DNA from: an uncultured Prevotella sp. | GTDB lineage: Bacteria; Bacteroidota; Bacteroidia; Bacteroidales; Bacteroidaceae | Reading direction: 5' to 3' | DNA length: 64,000 nucleotides | NCBI GenBank assembly: GCA_905236815.1 | Contig: CAJOPE010000041.1 | Span: 15,593-79,592, forward strand | In this document: one piece after another, positions 47,062 to 60,143 of the stretch | How positions within the stretch are numbered: position 1 is the first letter of the stretch | How the letters are laid out: every line of letters starts with the position of its first letter | Position numbers and translations under genes: made by a program | Notes under the pieces: generated by a model | The model's input: only the letters and a program-made list of their open reading frames with translations | Databases searched by the model: none | Told to the model about the DNA's origin: nothing

Positions 47062-49419
47062 ATGAGAAAAGGAATTGTAACTCTAGCGTTAGCTTCTCTA
47101 ACAATGAACGCTGTTGCCGAACAGCTTCCACTTAAGCTTTGGTACAATAAAACTTCCACAGCTTTCGAGGAAAGTCTGCCTATCGGTAACGGAAAACTTG
47201 GAGCACTCATCTATGGTGGCTTCAACAACGACTCTATCTATGTTAATGACTTAACTTTCTGGACAGGAAAACCTGTGGACCCAAACGAGGGAGGCGATGC
47301 CTATAAGTGGATTCCTGAAATCAGAAAGGCTCTATTCAACGAAGACTATAAACGAGCAGACTCGCTTCAACTTCGTGTACAAGGTCACAATTCCACCTAT
47401 TATCAGTCACTAGGAAGACTAAATATCAAGGATTTAAACGAAGGATCTGTCAGCAACTACTATCGGGAGCTAAGCCTTGACAGCGCAATAGCAAAGCTCA
47501 GCTACACCCGAAATGGAATAACATTCAAGAGAGAATATCTTGCATCCAATCCAGATAAGGTAATTGCCATAAAACTTACAGCCTCAAAAGAGAAATCACT
47601 AAACTATAATATATCGCTAACCTCCATTGTTCCCCACAAAGTGAACTCCTCTAAGGGACAACTCACAATGACGGGACATGCCATTGGAGACGAAAACAAT
47701 AGCACACATTTCTGTACTATTGTATCCGTAAAAAGCAAAGATGGAGAAATCAGCTATTCCGACTCCACGCTTCATCTGCTAGGAGCAACAGAGGCAACCT
47801 TGTATTTGGTAAACGAAACTAGCTATAATGGATTCGACAAGCATCCAGTAACTGAAGGCGCCCCATATATCGAGAATGCTACAGACGAAGCATGGCATCT
47901 TATCAATTATACCTTCGATGCTGTAAAGGAAAAGCATATCAAAGATTACAAAAACATCTTCGACCGCTTCAGTTTCAACTTAAAAGGCGCCACATACGAC
48001 AAAGCCAGAACTACCGAAGAACAACTGATGGATTACAGCGACAAGCAAGAAGCCAATCCATACTTGGAAATGCTCTACTTCCAATATGGAAGATATCTCC
48101 TCATCAGCTGTTCTAGAACCCCTAACCTTCCAGCTAACCTCCAAGGATTATGGGCTCCTCAGAAGTATTCGCCATGGAGAGGAAACTATACCATCAACAT
48201 TAACCTGGAAGAAAACTACTGGCCTGCAGAAGTTACCAATATGCCAGAGCTCGTAAAACCGGTAGATGAATTAGTGAAAGCTATGTCTATCACAGGAAAA
48301 GAAACCGCCAAGCACTATTATGGCATCAACGAAGGATGGTGTTCTGGACACAATACCGACGCATGGGCTATGACCAACCCAGTTGGCAATAAAAAAGAAA
48401 GCCCAAAATGGAGCGATTGGAATATGGGCGGAGCATGGCTGGTTCAAACCCTCTGGGATCATTACGATTATACTAGAGATCTAGCATATCTGAAAGAAAC
48501 AGCCTACCCTCTCATGAAAGGTGCTGCCGATTTCATGTTGAACTGGCTCGTAGAAAATCCTAAGAAACCGGGAGAACTTATAACAGCACCTTGTACATCA
48601 CCTGAAGCCGAATTCATAACAGACAAAGGCTACCAAGGCTGTACATTTTATGGGGGAACTTCCGATCTTGCCATCATTCGCGAGTTATTCAAGAACACGA
48701 TTAAGGCCGCACAAGCCCTCAATATCGATAAGGATTACCAATTACGCCTCAATACAGCTTTAAGCAAGCTACACCCTTACAAAATAGGAAAAAGAGGCAA
48801 TTTGCAGGAATGGTACTATGATTGGGAGGACCAAGACTGGCATCATCGCCATCAATCACATCTTCTAGGCCTGCATCCTTTTAGTCAGATATCTATAGAC
48901 AAGACCCCAGAACTTGCAGCAGCTGCCAGCAAGACTTTGGAAATAAAAGGAGACAACACTACAGGATGGAGTGCTGGATGGAGAGTAAGCATTTGGGCAA
49001 GACTTCAAAGAGCTGACAAATCTTATCAGATGCTCAGAAAACTTCTCACCTATGTGAAACCTGCCAATTACAACGATCCGAAGCATCGTCCTCATGGTGG
49101 AACCTATCCAAACCTATTTGATGCCCACCCACCTTTCCAGATAGATGGCAATTTTGGTGGAACAGCAGGCATCTGTGAAATGATAATGCAATGCGATGGA
49201 GAAACAATGTCGCTATTGCCTGCACTCCCAACCTGCTGGCAGGATGGTGAAATGAAAGGATTAAAAGCAAGGGGAAACTATGCTATCGATCTGACATGGG
49301 AAAAAGGAAAAGTTAAGAAAGCCAACATCACAAGTAAATTTGGTGGATGTTTGACTATAAAATATAATAATAAAGTTAAGAAACTCGTTTTTAAACCAGG
49401 ACAGACGAGAAAAATATAA
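47062..49419 (+). CDS. glycoside hydrolase family 95 (alpha-L-fucosidase-like)
   Basis: N-terminal LWYNKTSTAFEESLPIGNGKLGALIYGG pattern and roughly 785 aa length. ATG 47062 (MRKGIVTLAL signal peptide) is used because the track start 47032 lies inside the gyrB terminator hairpin. Confidence 0.82.
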   Translation: MRKGIVTLALASLTMNAVAEQLPLKLWYNKTSTAFEESLPIGNGKLGALIYGGFNNDSIYVNDLTFWTGKPVDPNEGGDAYKWIPEIRKALFNEDYKRADSLQLRVQGHNSTYYQSLGRLNIKDLNEGSVSNYYRELSLDSAIAKLSYTRNGITFKREYLASNPDKVIAIKLTASKEKSLNYNISLTSIVPHKVNSSKGQLTMTGHAIGDENNSTHFCTIVSVKSKDGEISYSDSTLHLLGATEATLYLVNETSYNGFDKHPVTEGAPYIENATDEAWHLINYTFDAVKEKHIKDYKNIFDRFSFNLKGATYDKARTTEEQLMDYSDKQEANPYLEMLYFQYGRYLLISCSRTPNLPANLQGLWAPQKYSPWRGNYTININLEENYWPAEVTNMPELVKPVDELVKAMSITGKETAKHYYGINEGWCSGHNTDAWAMTNPVGNKKESPKWSDWNMGGAWLVQTLWDHYDYTRDLAYLKETAYPLMKGAADFMLNWLVENPKKPGELITAPCTSPEAEFITDKGYQGCTFYGGTSDLAIIRELFKNTIKAAQALNIDKDYQLRLNTALSKLHPYKIGKRGNLQEWYYDWEDQDWHHRHQSHLLGLHPFSQISIDKTPELAAAASKTLEIKGDNTTGWSAGWRVSIWARLQRADKSYQMLRKLLTYVKPANYNDPKHRPHGGTYPNLFDAHPPFQIDGNFGGTAGICEMIMQCDGETMSLLPALPTCWQDGEMKGLKARGNYAIDLTWEKGKVKKANITSKFGGCLTIKYNNKVKKLVFKPGQTRKI

Positions 49420-49427
49420 TAAGCTAA

Positions 49428-50342
49428 ATGCGAAATTCGTTAATAATCATATTATTACTAATTACGCTGAATACTTTCGGCCAGGAATTCGGCATGCATT
49501 GGATATCCTATCCAGAGCATGACGACTCCACTGAAGTATGCTTCAAAAAAGCTTATCTATCCTTAAAACCCAACAAGCAGGCCTTTATCAACATTGCATC
49601 AACAGGAAACACACAGCTATATGTGAACGAGCGACTTGTATCAAAGGAAATGATAGTAAGAGAGAATAACGAGATTTTACAAACAACTTACAACGTTACT
49701 CGCTATCTCAAACCCGACACCAATATAATTGCTGTGTATTATGCTCCAGCATGCAAAAAACCTACTGATAAACAGTTATCCCTTTCCTATTATGGAATAA
49801 GTGGCTTTGGAACAAAATTTTATTTCCAGGCAAACGGCTCTTGGTATTGTAAAAAAGGAGAAGGTTATGTAGCAAGAGGAACTGAAGAATTCATGGATGG
49901 AAGAATTAGGGATATGCATTGGAAAGATCTTGAAACTTATGGACCAGCATGGAAACAGGCTATTGCTTCATCAGACCAAACGCCTTATCCTGTAAAAGCG
50001 AATCTCCATTACAGAACTTTTGACAGAATAGCGGAATTTCTTTCACCTGTCGAAACTGTAAAAAACGAAGCAGGAGATTCCATAACTTATGATTTCGGAC
50101 GAAGTTTCAATGGACAAATTCGCTTGACCATAAGAAATGCCAAAAGAGGTGAAGTGATTAATATAGGAAGTTTCAAATATGTCTGCAATGGTTCAACTGA
50201 CGAACAAGCTTGCAGAAGATTTACAACTTCTGAACAACGAAAAATCACAATAACAGGTGATGCCAACTTTAAAGTAAAGCATATCAACGCCATTGAAGGA
50301 TTAGAAATTAAGCCTACAACTCAAAAGAGCTACTTATTTTAA
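49428..50342 (+). CDS. secreted protein resembling only the N-terminal beta-sandwich domains of GH78 alpha-L-rhamnosidases (no catalytic domain)
   Basis: Signal peptide. The pattern HWISYP...AFINIASTGNTQLYVNERLV...NVTRYLKPDTNIIAV and ITYDFGRSFNGQIRLTI resembles the Bac_rhamnosid N-terminal region. Family assignment is tentative. Confidence 0.4.
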   Translation: MRNSLIIILLLITLNTFGQEFGMHWISYPEHDDSTEVCFKKAYLSLKPNKQAFINIASTGNTQLYVNERLVSKEMIVRENNEILQTTYNVTRYLKPDTNIIAVYYAPACKKPTDKQLSLSYYGISGFGTKFYFQANGSWYCKKGEGYVARGTEEFMDGRIRDMHWKDLETYGPAWKQAIASSDQTPYPVKANLHYRTFDRIAEFLSPVETVKNEAGDSITYDFGRSFNGQIRLTIRNAKRGEVINIGSFKYVCNGSTDEQACRRFTTSEQRKITITGDANFKVKHINAIEGLEIKPTTQKSYLF

Positions 50343-50348
50343 AAGGAA

Positions 50349-51227
50349 ATGACAAACAAGAATTTCAAAGAAATATCAGTTAATCAAGGAAAAAGCATTT
50401 ATCCAGAAGGAAGCTACATCGACGATGAACTTATTCTGTTCGACAAGTTTGAGGATGTACCTCTGCTGACAGAATCACGCCGTGCAGACTGTCTCTTTGT
50501 GGCATTATGTCTAGATGGAAAAGCACAATACACCGTTGACACCAAAGAATACAAGGTGAAGAAAAATGATGTTATTGTTATTAATAAAGGACAAGTTGTG
50601 GGTGATTATATGCTGAGTAGAGATTGCAAAGGAATCGCCTTCATGGGATCGAATGATTTCTTCAACGAAATTATCAAGGGGGTGCAAGACCTTTCCTCAT
50701 TATTCCTTTTTACAAGAACACACCCGATCTTCACACTCAACACAGATACAGCCCAGACATTCAAATACTATTTCAACCTTATCAAACAGAAGGTAGATGA
50801 TAAGAACCACCATTTCAGAAAGCCGCTGGTGAGTTCATTGTTCAAGTCTATGTTATATGACCTTGGCAATGAAATCTATCAAATACAAAACCAAGGAAAA
50901 ACAAAAAGTCGTTCTGAAACACTTTTTGCAAACTTCATTAATCTGGTAGAAAACAATTTCAGAAAAGAAAAAAGAGTTGGATGGTATGCTCTTCAGCTCA
51001 ATATTACTCCTAAATATCTGTCAGAAACTGTAAAAGCGATAAGTCATCGCACGCCAAATGAATGGATAGACAGATATGTAACCCTTGAGATACGTGTTCA
51101 ACTTAAGAATACAGCAAAGAGTATCAAGCAAATTGCCCAAGAACTGAACTTTCCAAATCAGAGTTTTATGGGCAAATATTTCAAGGAACACGTTGGAATG
51201 AGTCCATCTGAATACAGGAAAAGTTAA
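50349..51227 (+). CDS. AraC-family transcriptional regulator
   Basis: C-terminal double HTH (ITPKYLSETVKAISHRTPNEWI...FPNQSFMGKYFKEHVGMSPSEYR). Confidence 0.85.
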   Translation: MTNKNFKEISVNQGKSIYPEGSYIDDELILFDKFEDVPLLTESRRADCLFVALCLDGKAQYTVDTKEYKVKKNDVIVINKGQVVGDYMLSRDCKGIAFMGSNDFFNEIIKGVQDLSSLFLFTRTHPIFTLNTDTAQTFKYYFNLIKQKVDDKNHHFRKPLVSSLFKSMLYDLGNEIYQIQNQGKTKSRSETLFANFINLVENNFRKEKRVGWYALQLNITPKYLSETVKAISHRTPNEWIDRYVTLEIRVQLKNTAKSIKQIAQELNFPNQSFMGKYFKEHVGMSPSEYRKS

Positions 51228-51820
51228 AAGAATCCCTGTGCCTTTAAATCATCAGCAATCTGGCAGAGGTCACGATACCATTCCTTGCCAAATCTTTGAA
51301 TAAGCGGACCTTCCAGAAACTTATAGACAGGAAGATTCAACTCCCTACCCTTGACTACTGCATCCTTGCAAACAGCCCATCGGTGGTAGTTTATCCCATA
51401 AAGATCATCGGAGAACTTTTTCTCACGAATTGGATAAAGCGCACAACTTATTGGCTTGATGAATTTAGTTTTCTTATTTCTAAAAGCCCTTTCTAAAGCA
51501 CAAAGACAAGTACCATTTTCATAGCAAGTAAATACACAATCCTTTCCATTAACAATGCTTGTCACCAAATCTCCCTCAATATCAGGATAGGCAACTCCCT
51601 GCTTATCCAAAACTGACTGAGCAGAAGCAGCAAGATCCTCCCATACCACATCGAGAGAGTCCTCTATTTCGCCTATTTCATCCAACGTAACAGGAGCACC
51701 AGCATCGCCTTCCACACAACACTGACCTTTGCATTTCTCAAGGTCACAGCAAAACTTTTCGGTAAAGATATCTGGAGAAACGAGGACGTTTCCAACTTGT
51801 ATAATATGTAATTCTTTCAT
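51224..51820 (-). CDS. Cys-rich DUF3109-like protein
   Basis: 198 aa; FCCDLEKCKGQCCVEGD motif. Confidence 0.65.
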   Translation of the reverse strand: MKELHIIQVGNVLVSPDIFTEKFCCDLEKCKGQCCVEGDAGAPVTLDEIGEIEDSLDVVWEDLAASAQSVLDKQGVAYPDIEGDLVTSIVNGKDCVFTCYENGTCLCALERAFRNKKTKFIKPISCALYPIREKKFSDDLYGINYHRWAVCKDAVVKGRELNLPVYKFLEGPLIQRFGKEWYRDLCQIADDLKAQGFF

Positions 51821-51823
51821 GCT

Positions 51824-51851
51824 AAAAATAAATCCTTCCGAAATAGGAAGG
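51824..51851 (-). terminator. possible terminator after ung
   Basis: CCTTCC/GGAAGG stem followed on the minus strand by ATTTATTTTT. Confidence 0.4.
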
Positions 51852-51863
51852 TCTAGTTTGGTA

Positions 51864-52529
51864 TCACCAATTAATTGGTGTCAATCCATTTTCTCGTAAA
51901 TAATCATTGCACCTTGAAAACTGGTGTTGCCCAAACCATCCACCGCGATTAGCAGACAACGGTGATGGATGCACACTCTCAAGTATACAGTTCTTGGATG
52001 AATCTATAAAAGCCTTCTTTGAACGTGCGAAACCACCCCAGAGCATATAAACTATATGGTCACGCTTCGCATTCAATGCTTTAATCGCAGCATCAGTGAA
52101 CTGGCTCCATCCCAATCGTTGATGACTATTTGCCTGATGAGCCCTAACGGTCAAAGTTGCATTCAAAAGCAACACTCCCTGCTCTGCCCATCTAGTAAGA
52201 TCTCCATTAGAAGGAACTTTAGTCCCTAGATCCATCTGAATCTCTTTAAAGATATTGATAAGAGAAGGGGGCATGGCAATACCTTCAGGAACAGAAAAGC
52301 TTAATCCCATAGCCTGTCCAGGCTCATGATAAGGATCCTGACCTATAATTACCACCTTTACCTTATCAAAAGGGCAAAGATTGAAGGCGTTGAACACAAG
52401 GTTACCTGGAGGAAAACATTGATAATGCATATATTCCTGTTTAACAAAATTTGTCAAGTCAAGAAAATATTGTTTATCAAACTCCGCACCAACCTGTTGT
52501 TTCCAACTGTCTTCAATCTTTACGTTCAT
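51864..52529 (-). CDS. ung: uracil-DNA glycosylase
   Basis: GQDPYH water-activating loop and HPSPLSA motif. Confidence 0.95.
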   Translation of the reverse strand: MNVKIEDSWKQQVGAEFDKQYFLDLTNFVKQEYMHYQCFPPGNLVFNAFNLCPFDKVKVVIIGQDPYHEPGQAMGLSFSVPEGIAMPPSLINIFKEIQMDLGTKVPSNGDLTRWAEQGVLLLNATLTVRAHQANSHQRLGWSQFTDAAIKALNAKRDHIVYMLWGGFARSKKAFIDSSKNCILESVHPSPLSANRGGWFGQHQFSRCNDYLRENGLTPINW

Positions 52530-52565
52530 ATAAAAGTGTTTCTTTTTCTCCTTAAAAGGAAGAAA

Positions 52566-54080
52566 TTACTTATCTAAGATCAAATTCTCACCATCCATAT
52601 CTGCAGGCTGTTCAAGACCCATAATATGAAGAATTGATGGAGCAACATCAGCAAGACGGCCATCCTTAACACGAGCAGAATTATTATCTGTTACATAGAT
52701 GAAAGGAACTGGGTTCAATGAGTGAGCTGTATTTGGAGTATCGTCATCATTAATTGCATTATCTGCATTACCATGGTCAGCAATGATGATTGCCTCATAA
52801 TCGTGAGCCTTAGCTGCCTCGATGACATCCTTTACACATGTATCAACAGCATAAACTGCCTTAGCGATAGCATTATAGATACCAGTATGACCAACCATAT
52901 CACCATTAGCAAAGTTTACAACGATGAAGTCATACTTTTCTGTATTGATAGCATCAACCAATTTATCCTTAACCTCAAAAGCACTCATTTCAGGCTTCAA
53001 GTCATAAGTAGCAACCTTTGGAGAAGGAACGAGGATACGATCCTCACCCTCGTAAGGCTCCTCACGACCACCATTGAAGAAGAAAGTTACGTGAGCGTAC
53101 TTCTCTGTTTCTGCAGTATGAAGCTGTTTCTTACCCTGGCTGCTAAGATATTCGCCAAGAGTATTCTGTACATTCTCCTTAGGGAAAAGAACGCTTACAT
53201 TCTTGAAGTTTGCATCGTAAGGAGTCATACAGTAGTACTGAAGATCCTTGATAGTATGCATGCCTTCAATATCCTCCTGGGTAAGAACCTCTGTGAGCTC
53301 TTTAGCACGGTCATTACGGAAGTTCATGAAGATAACAACATCACCCTCTTCGATCTTACCATTTACAGCAGAATTGCTGATTGGCTTGATGAACTCATCG
53401 GTAACATCCTCATCGTAGCTTTCCTGAACAGCTTGAACCATATCTGTAGCTTGCTTACCCTTGCCTTCAACCAACAAGTCATAAGCTTCCTTTACACGAT
53501 TCCAACGCTTATCACGATCCATAGCATAGAAGCGACCAATGATTGAAGCAATATGAGCATCATTAGCATCACAAACTTTCTGAAGGTCAGCAATAAAGCC
53601 TTTTCCACTCTTTGGATCGGTATCGCGACCATCCATAAAGCAGTGTACATATACATCTTTCAGATTATACTCCTTGCCAATCTCAACGAACTTGAAAATA
53701 TGGTCAAGTGAAGAGTGAACACCACCTGTAGAAGTAAGACCCATGATATGAACCTTCTTGCCATTCTTCTGAGCATAGCTGTAAGCCTCAACAACGCCCT
53801 TATTCTTCAGGATATCACCACTCTGGCAAGCCTTATTAATCTTAACCAAATCCTGATAAACAACTCGGCCTGCACCAATATTAAGGTGACCGACCTCAGA
53901 GTTACCCATCTGACCATCAGGCAAACCAACATTTTCGCCTGAAGCCTGGAGCTGTGAGTGTGCTGAAACTGCATTCAAATAATCGAGGTAAGGAGTTGGA
54001 GTGTTGAAAATAACATCACCCTTACCATGCTTTCCGATTCCCCATCCATCGAGAATCATCAATAAAGCTTTCTTTGCCAT
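52566..54080 (-). CDS. gpmI: 2,3-bisphosphoglycerate-independent phosphoglycerate mutase
   Basis: 504 aa; [21 protein letters not shown] and ADHGNA motifs. Confidence 0.95.
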   Translation of the reverse strand: MAKKALLMILDGWGIGKHGKGDVIFNTPTPYLDYLNAVSAHSQLQASGENVGLPDGQMGNSEVGHLNIGAGRVVYQDLVKINKACQSGDILKNKGVVEAYSYAQKNGKKVHIMGLTSTGGVHSSLDHIFKFVEIGKEYNLKDVYVHCFMDGRDTDPKSGKGFIADLQKVCDANDAHIASIIGRFYAMDRDKRWNRVKEAYDLLVEGKGKQATDMVQAVQESYDEDVTDEFIKPISNSAVNGKIEEGDVVIFMNFRNDRAKELTEVLTQEDIEGMHTIKDLQYYCMTPYDANFKNVSVLFPKENVQNTLGEYLSSQGKKQLHTAETEKYAHVTFFFNGGREEPYEGEDRILVPSPKVATYDLKPEMSAFEVKDKLVDAINTEKYDFIVVNFANGDMVGHTGIYNAIAKAVYAVDTCVKDVIEAAKAHDYEAIIIADHGNADNAINDDDTPNTAHSLNPVPFIYVTDNNSARVKDGRLADVAPSILHIMGLEQPADMDGENLILDK

Positions 54081-54117
54081 AATTTAACTTATATCTAAAA
54101 ATTCGAATTTTCAAGTG

Positions 54118-54125
54118 CAAAGATA
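54118..54125 (-). promoter_or_regulatory. -7 promoter box for gpmI (and ung)
   Basis: TATCTTTG; 37 nt upstream of ATG 54080. Confidence 0.6.
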
Positions 54126-54158
54126 CAAAAATATATTGGAAGAAAGCAAAATATTTTC

Positions 54159-55547
<1,389 letters not shown>

Positions 55548-55559
55548 CAAAACCAAAAA

Positions 55560-57907
55560 TGAATTACAAAAAGACATTAGCAGTTTGTGCAGCTAGCCTA
55601 TTATCAACTACAATTATGGCACAAGGAACACCACAGCTAAACCCTAACAACATTGACGAAGTAATTGCAGCAATGACACTGGAAGAAAAAGCCCAGTTGC
55701 TTGTTGGCGATGGAAATGACGGTTTTGCCGGATCAGGTGCAATGCTTGGTCATCAGGCAAAATTGGTAGCAGGTGCTGCTGGACAAACCGTAGCAATTCC
55801 TCGTTTGGGCATCCCAGCAACAGTTTTAACTGATGGACCTGGTGGTGTCCACATCAATCCTACTCGTGAAGGAACAAGTCAGACATTCTATGCTACAGGT
55901 TTTCCTGTTGGTACTTGTTTGGCCTCAACCTGGAACACCGAGTTGATGGAGAATGTAGGTAAAGCTATAGGCAATGAGACTTTAGAGTATGGTTGTGACG
56001 TAATCTTAGGTCCAGGCTTGAACATACACCGTAGTCCTCTTTGCGGTCGTAACTTTGAATATTATTCAGAGGATCCATTCCTCACTGGTGCCATGGGTAT
56101 TGCTTATACTAAGGGCGTTCAAAGTCAGGGTGTTGGAGTAAGTGCAAAACACTACGCAGTGAACTCACAGGAAAATGAGCGAACACGTGTTGACGAGCGT
56201 CTTTCTCAGCGAGCACTACGAGAGATCTATCTCCGTGGTTTTGAGATGACTGTTCGACAGAGTGCACCTTGGACTTTGATGTCAGCTTATAATAAAATCA
56301 ATGGCGAATATGCTCAGAACAGTCACGGATTGCTAACAGATATCTTGCGCAATGATTGGGGCTTTAAAGGTATTGTAATGACCGATTGGATTGGTCTTCG
56401 TTCAGACCTGCCTACTTATGAGCAAGTAATCAACGGCAACGATTTAATGACACCAGGCTATCCAGAGCAGACTACAGCTATCGTAGAAGCTGTAAAATCC
56501 GGAAAACTTGACATTAAAGATGTTGACCGCAATGTTCGTAATATGCTTGAGTATATCGTTAAGACTCCTGCTTTCCGAAAATATAAATTTTCCAACAAAC
56601 CAGACTTAAAAGCTCATGCCGCTATTACACGTCAGAGCAGTACAGAAGGTATGGTCCTGTTGAAGAATGACAATAACACTCTACCTATCAAGAATCTGAA
56701 GAATGTCGCACTCTTTGGCGTAAACTCTTACGACTTCCTCGGTGGAGGTTTGGGTTCTGGTGCAGTAAATATGCCATACGTAGTTGACATGGTTACAGGC
56801 TTAAAGAACGCAGGTGTTTCTACCACTAAGCAGTTGACAGAGATTTACGAAAACTATGTAAAGTTTGCCAAAGCAAAACTAAAAGCAGACAAGAATCCTT
56901 GGATGTGGTTTTTGGATCAAGGAAAGCCAAAGCTCGAGGAATTTGAGGTTAGCAAGCGTTGTGTTGAGCACGAAGCTCCTGAAGCAGATGCAGCAATCAT
57001 TACGATTGGCCGTCAAGCCGGTGAAGGCATCGACCGAATGATCGAGGGTGAATTCAACTTAAACAAGGATGAAAAAGCTATGATTGAACGTGTTAGCGAT
57101 GTTTTCCGTTCAGCAGGCAAGCCTGTCATTGTAATTCTTAACAGCGGCTCTGTAATGGAAACTGCTAGCTGGCGCGATCGTGTTGATGCCATCTTGGTTG
57201 CTTGGCAGCCTGGAGAAGAAGGTGGTAACTCTGTTGCCGATGTACTCACAGGTAAAGCAAACCCATCTGGTCGCCTTACATCCACTTGGCCTATCAGTGC
57301 ATGGGACGTTCCTTCAACTAAGGGTTATCCACAAGGCTTAGGAGATGGTTATGAAATGCCTGGTGTGCTTTATAATGGCCAAATGAGCGGTTATAATTTC
57401 ACTAACCACGAGGAAGATATCTATGTTGGCTATCGCTACTTCGACACTTTCAACAAGAAAGTTGCTTACCCATTTGGATATGGTTTAAGCTACACAACAT
57501 TTGCATTCGGCAAGCCATCAGTTAAGATGAATGGTGACAAGATTACTGTAACTGTAAACGTTAAGAATACTGGTAAGGTTGCAGGTAAGCAGGTTGCTCA
57601 GGTTTATGTGACAGCTGCAAAGGGTGCTTATGAGAAGCCTGCAAAAGAGCTAAAGGCTTTTGCCAAAACTCATGAGTTAAAGCCTGGCGAGAGTCAGAAC
57701 CTCATAATGACAATTGAAAAGCGTGACCTTGCTAGTTTTGACGAAGCAAATAGTCAGTGGAAGGTTGATGCTGGTAACTATATTTTCAAAGTTGGTGACA
57801 ATGTTGAGAACATCCTAGGAACTGCATCTTTGAAACTTACTGAATATACAGAAAAAGTAAGTAATGTCCTTCCTGTAAATGCTCAGTTTAAAACCGTGAA
57901 GCAGTAA
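55560..57907 (+). CDS. glycoside hydrolase family 3 (beta-glucosidase/beta-xylosidase)
   Basis: GFKGIVMTDW nucleophile region and C-terminal FnIII-like domain. ATG 55560 (MNYKKTLAVCAAS signal) is used; the track start 55493 overlaps the previous gene. Confidence 0.9.
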
Positions 57908-57928
57908 GAAACACTTCATATATATACA

Positions 57929-57964
57929 AAAATCCCCGAAAACATCAGTGTTTTCGGGGATTTT
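57929..57964. terminator. bidirectional intrinsic terminator between GH3 (+) and GH43 (-)
   Basis: 16-bp stem AAAATCCCCGAAAACA/TGTTTTCGGGGATTTT with a 4-nt loop; A/T runs on both sides. Confidence 0.8.
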
Positions 57965-57994
57965 ATTATAAATTACTATTACTAACAGGAGTGA

Positions 57995-59002
57995 TTATTC
58001 ATCATCTTTAACTGTAAGGATATTGCCTTCCGCATCATATTCCAATGGAAGAACCTTAACAGAACGCAACCATGTTGTATCGTTTGAAGGAACACAATCA
58101 TGATGGAAAAGATACCACTTATCACCAACTTTAGTAATACTATGGTGAGTAGTCCAACCAACAACAGGCTCAAGAATTACACCTTTGTATGTAAAAGGAC
58201 CATAAGGATTATCACCTACAGCATAGCAAAGCAAATGACTATCACCTGTTGAATAGCTGAAGTAATACTTTCCGTTATACTTGTGCATCCATGAAGCCTC
58301 AAAGAAGCGATGTGGATCACCAGCCTTCAAAGGTTCACCATTCTCATCAACAATTTCAACTGCTCGTGGAGCCTCAGAAAACTGCATAACATCATCACTC
58401 ATACGAGCTACAAAACTAGCCAATGCTGGAGTTTCAGGAGTTGTATATAGTTCTGTCTTTCTGTCACCAGCATGACCGAGGTCAATACCATCCTTCGTCA
58501 ACTTCTGAGGTGCACGATACCATTGGAGCTGTCCACCCCAAAGACCTCCAAAATAACAGTAAATCTGACCATCATCATCCTTGAAAACACTTGGATCAAT
58601 AGAGAAAGAACCACGGATAGGTTCATCCTGAGGGACGAAAGGACCTTCTGGCTTATCAGCTACAGCAACACCAAGATGGAACACACCATTATAATCCTTA
58701 GCTGAGAAAATAAGATAATACTTACCGTCTTTCTCAACAACATCATTGTCCCACATCTGCTTTTCTGCCCACTTCACATCCTCTACATCGAGAATCTTAC
58801 CACAGTCAACAACTTCATCCTTCATTGGGTCACCCTCTATGCGAAGAACATGATAGTCTTTCATTTGGAAATGACCACCATCATCATCAAAACACTCACC
58901 ACTATCCCAATCATGAGATGGGTAAATATAAAGTTTACCATTGAAAACATTAGCAGATGGATCTGCCATATAATCCTGTGGGAATAAATATCTTGCTTTC
59001 AT
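57995..59002 (-). CDS. glycoside hydrolase family 43 (beta-xylosidase/alpha-L-arabinofuranosidase)
   Basis: 335 aa, no signal peptide. N-terminal ADPSANVFNGKLYIYPSHD five-bladed-propeller pattern. The start overlaps the GH10 stop (TAATG). Confidence 0.82.
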   Translation of the reverse strand: MKARYLFPQDYMADPSANVFNGKLYIYPSHDWDSGECFDDDGGHFQMKDYHVLRIEGDPMKDEVVDCGKILDVEDVKWAEKQMWDNDVVEKDGKYYLIFSAKDYNGVFHLGVAVADKPEGPFVPQDEPIRGSFSIDPSVFKDDDGQIYCYFGGLWGGQLQWYRAPQKLTKDGIDLGHAGDRKTELYTTPETPALASFVARMSDDVMQFSEAPRAVEIVDENGEPLKAGDPHRFFEASWMHKYNGKYYFSYSTGDSHLLCYAVGDNPYGPFTYKGVILEPVVGWTTHHSITKVGDKWYLFHHDCVPSNDTTWLRSVKVLPLEYDAEGNILTVKDDE

Positions 59003-60123
59003 TATTCAAATAATTTAATAATTTCTTTTACTACTGGTTTTACTTTAAAATTACGGTCGATAAGCATACCATAGTTGGTTCTACCATTTATTGGCCAGTC
59101 ATTAAGCCAACTAGTACCATCATCTACGCCCCAAAGGGTAACACGTTCAATGTTATCTGCGTATTTACGATAAAGTTTGAAGAACGCCAGATAACGCTCA
59201 TTAAACTCCTTCTGGGCCTTCTTGGTAAGTCCTTTTGTGTAAGGATCCATCTTAGGATCACCTGCAGCAAAGTGTTGTTCAATGCCAGCACCACTAAACT
59301 GCCATGGCTGTGGCAACATATTTAAGTCTAACTCTGTAAACTGAACTTTTACACCTGCGCCGATGAAAGCCTGAATACTCTGCTCATACTCCGAGAGATC
59401 TGGATAATCCAGACCATTATGGCTCTGCATACCTACGGCATCAATTCGACACCCCTTTGCACGAAGATCATTAATAAGTTTTACCACAGCAGCACGCTTA
59501 CCTGGCTTATTCATAGAATAATCATTGTAGTAGAGTTCAACATCAGGATCTGCAGCATGAGCAAACTTAAATGCCAATTCAATAAACTCAGGACCAATTA
59601 TCTTATAATATGGACTCTCACGGAACTTTCCGTCATCAAGGATAGCCTCATTAACAACATCCCATCCTTTAACCTTACCCTTATAATGAGTAACAACATT
59701 CGTAATGTGATGATACATACGATCAATCAAAACCTCACGACTAACAGTTTTGCCCTGTTTATCAGTAAACATCCACTTAGGTGGCTGAGAATGCCAAATA
59801 AGGCAATGGCCAATTGCAGTCATATTGTATTTCTCTGCAAAAGTAATCAGACTATCGCCACTTGTCCAATCATACCGATCTTCTTCTGGATGAATCACCT
59901 CTCCCTTCATACAGTTCTCTGCAACAACAGAGTTGAAGTTTTCTGTGATAGCCTTTGTTGCTGCTGCATTATTTTCTGCAGCAAAATTTGTATTAATAGC
60001 ACATCCTATAAGAAAATGTTTTCCTATTACTTCTTTCATTGTAGGCTGGGCTTTCTTCTGAGCCATACCCATTGAAGGAGCAAGCATGAGAGAAGCCAGC
60101 GCGATTGTTAAGATTTTATTCAT
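59002..60123 (-). CDS. glycoside hydrolase family 10 endo-1,4-beta-xylanase
   Basis: Acid/base WDVVNEA and nucleophile TELD motifs; signal peptide. Confidence 0.9.
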   Translation of the reverse strand: MNKILTIALASLMLAPSMGMAQKKAQPTMKEVIGKHFLIGCAINTNFAAENNAAATKAITENFNSVVAENCMKGEVIHPEEDRYDWTSGDSLITFAEKYNMTAIGHCLIWHSQPPKWMFTDKQGKTVSREVLIDRMYHHITNVVTHYKGKVKGWDVVNEAILDDGKFRESPYYKIIGPEFIELAFKFAHAADPDVELYYNDYSMNKPGKRAAVVKLINDLRAKGCRIDAVGMQSHNGLDYPDLSEYEQSIQAFIGAGVKVQFTELDLNMLPQPWQFSGAGIEQHFAAGDPKMDPYTKGLTKKAQKEFNERYLAFFKLYRKYADNIERVTLWGVDDGTSWLNDWPINGRTNYGMLIDRNFKVKPVVKEIIKLFE

Positions 60124-60143
60124 ATATCCTTTATAGAAATAAT

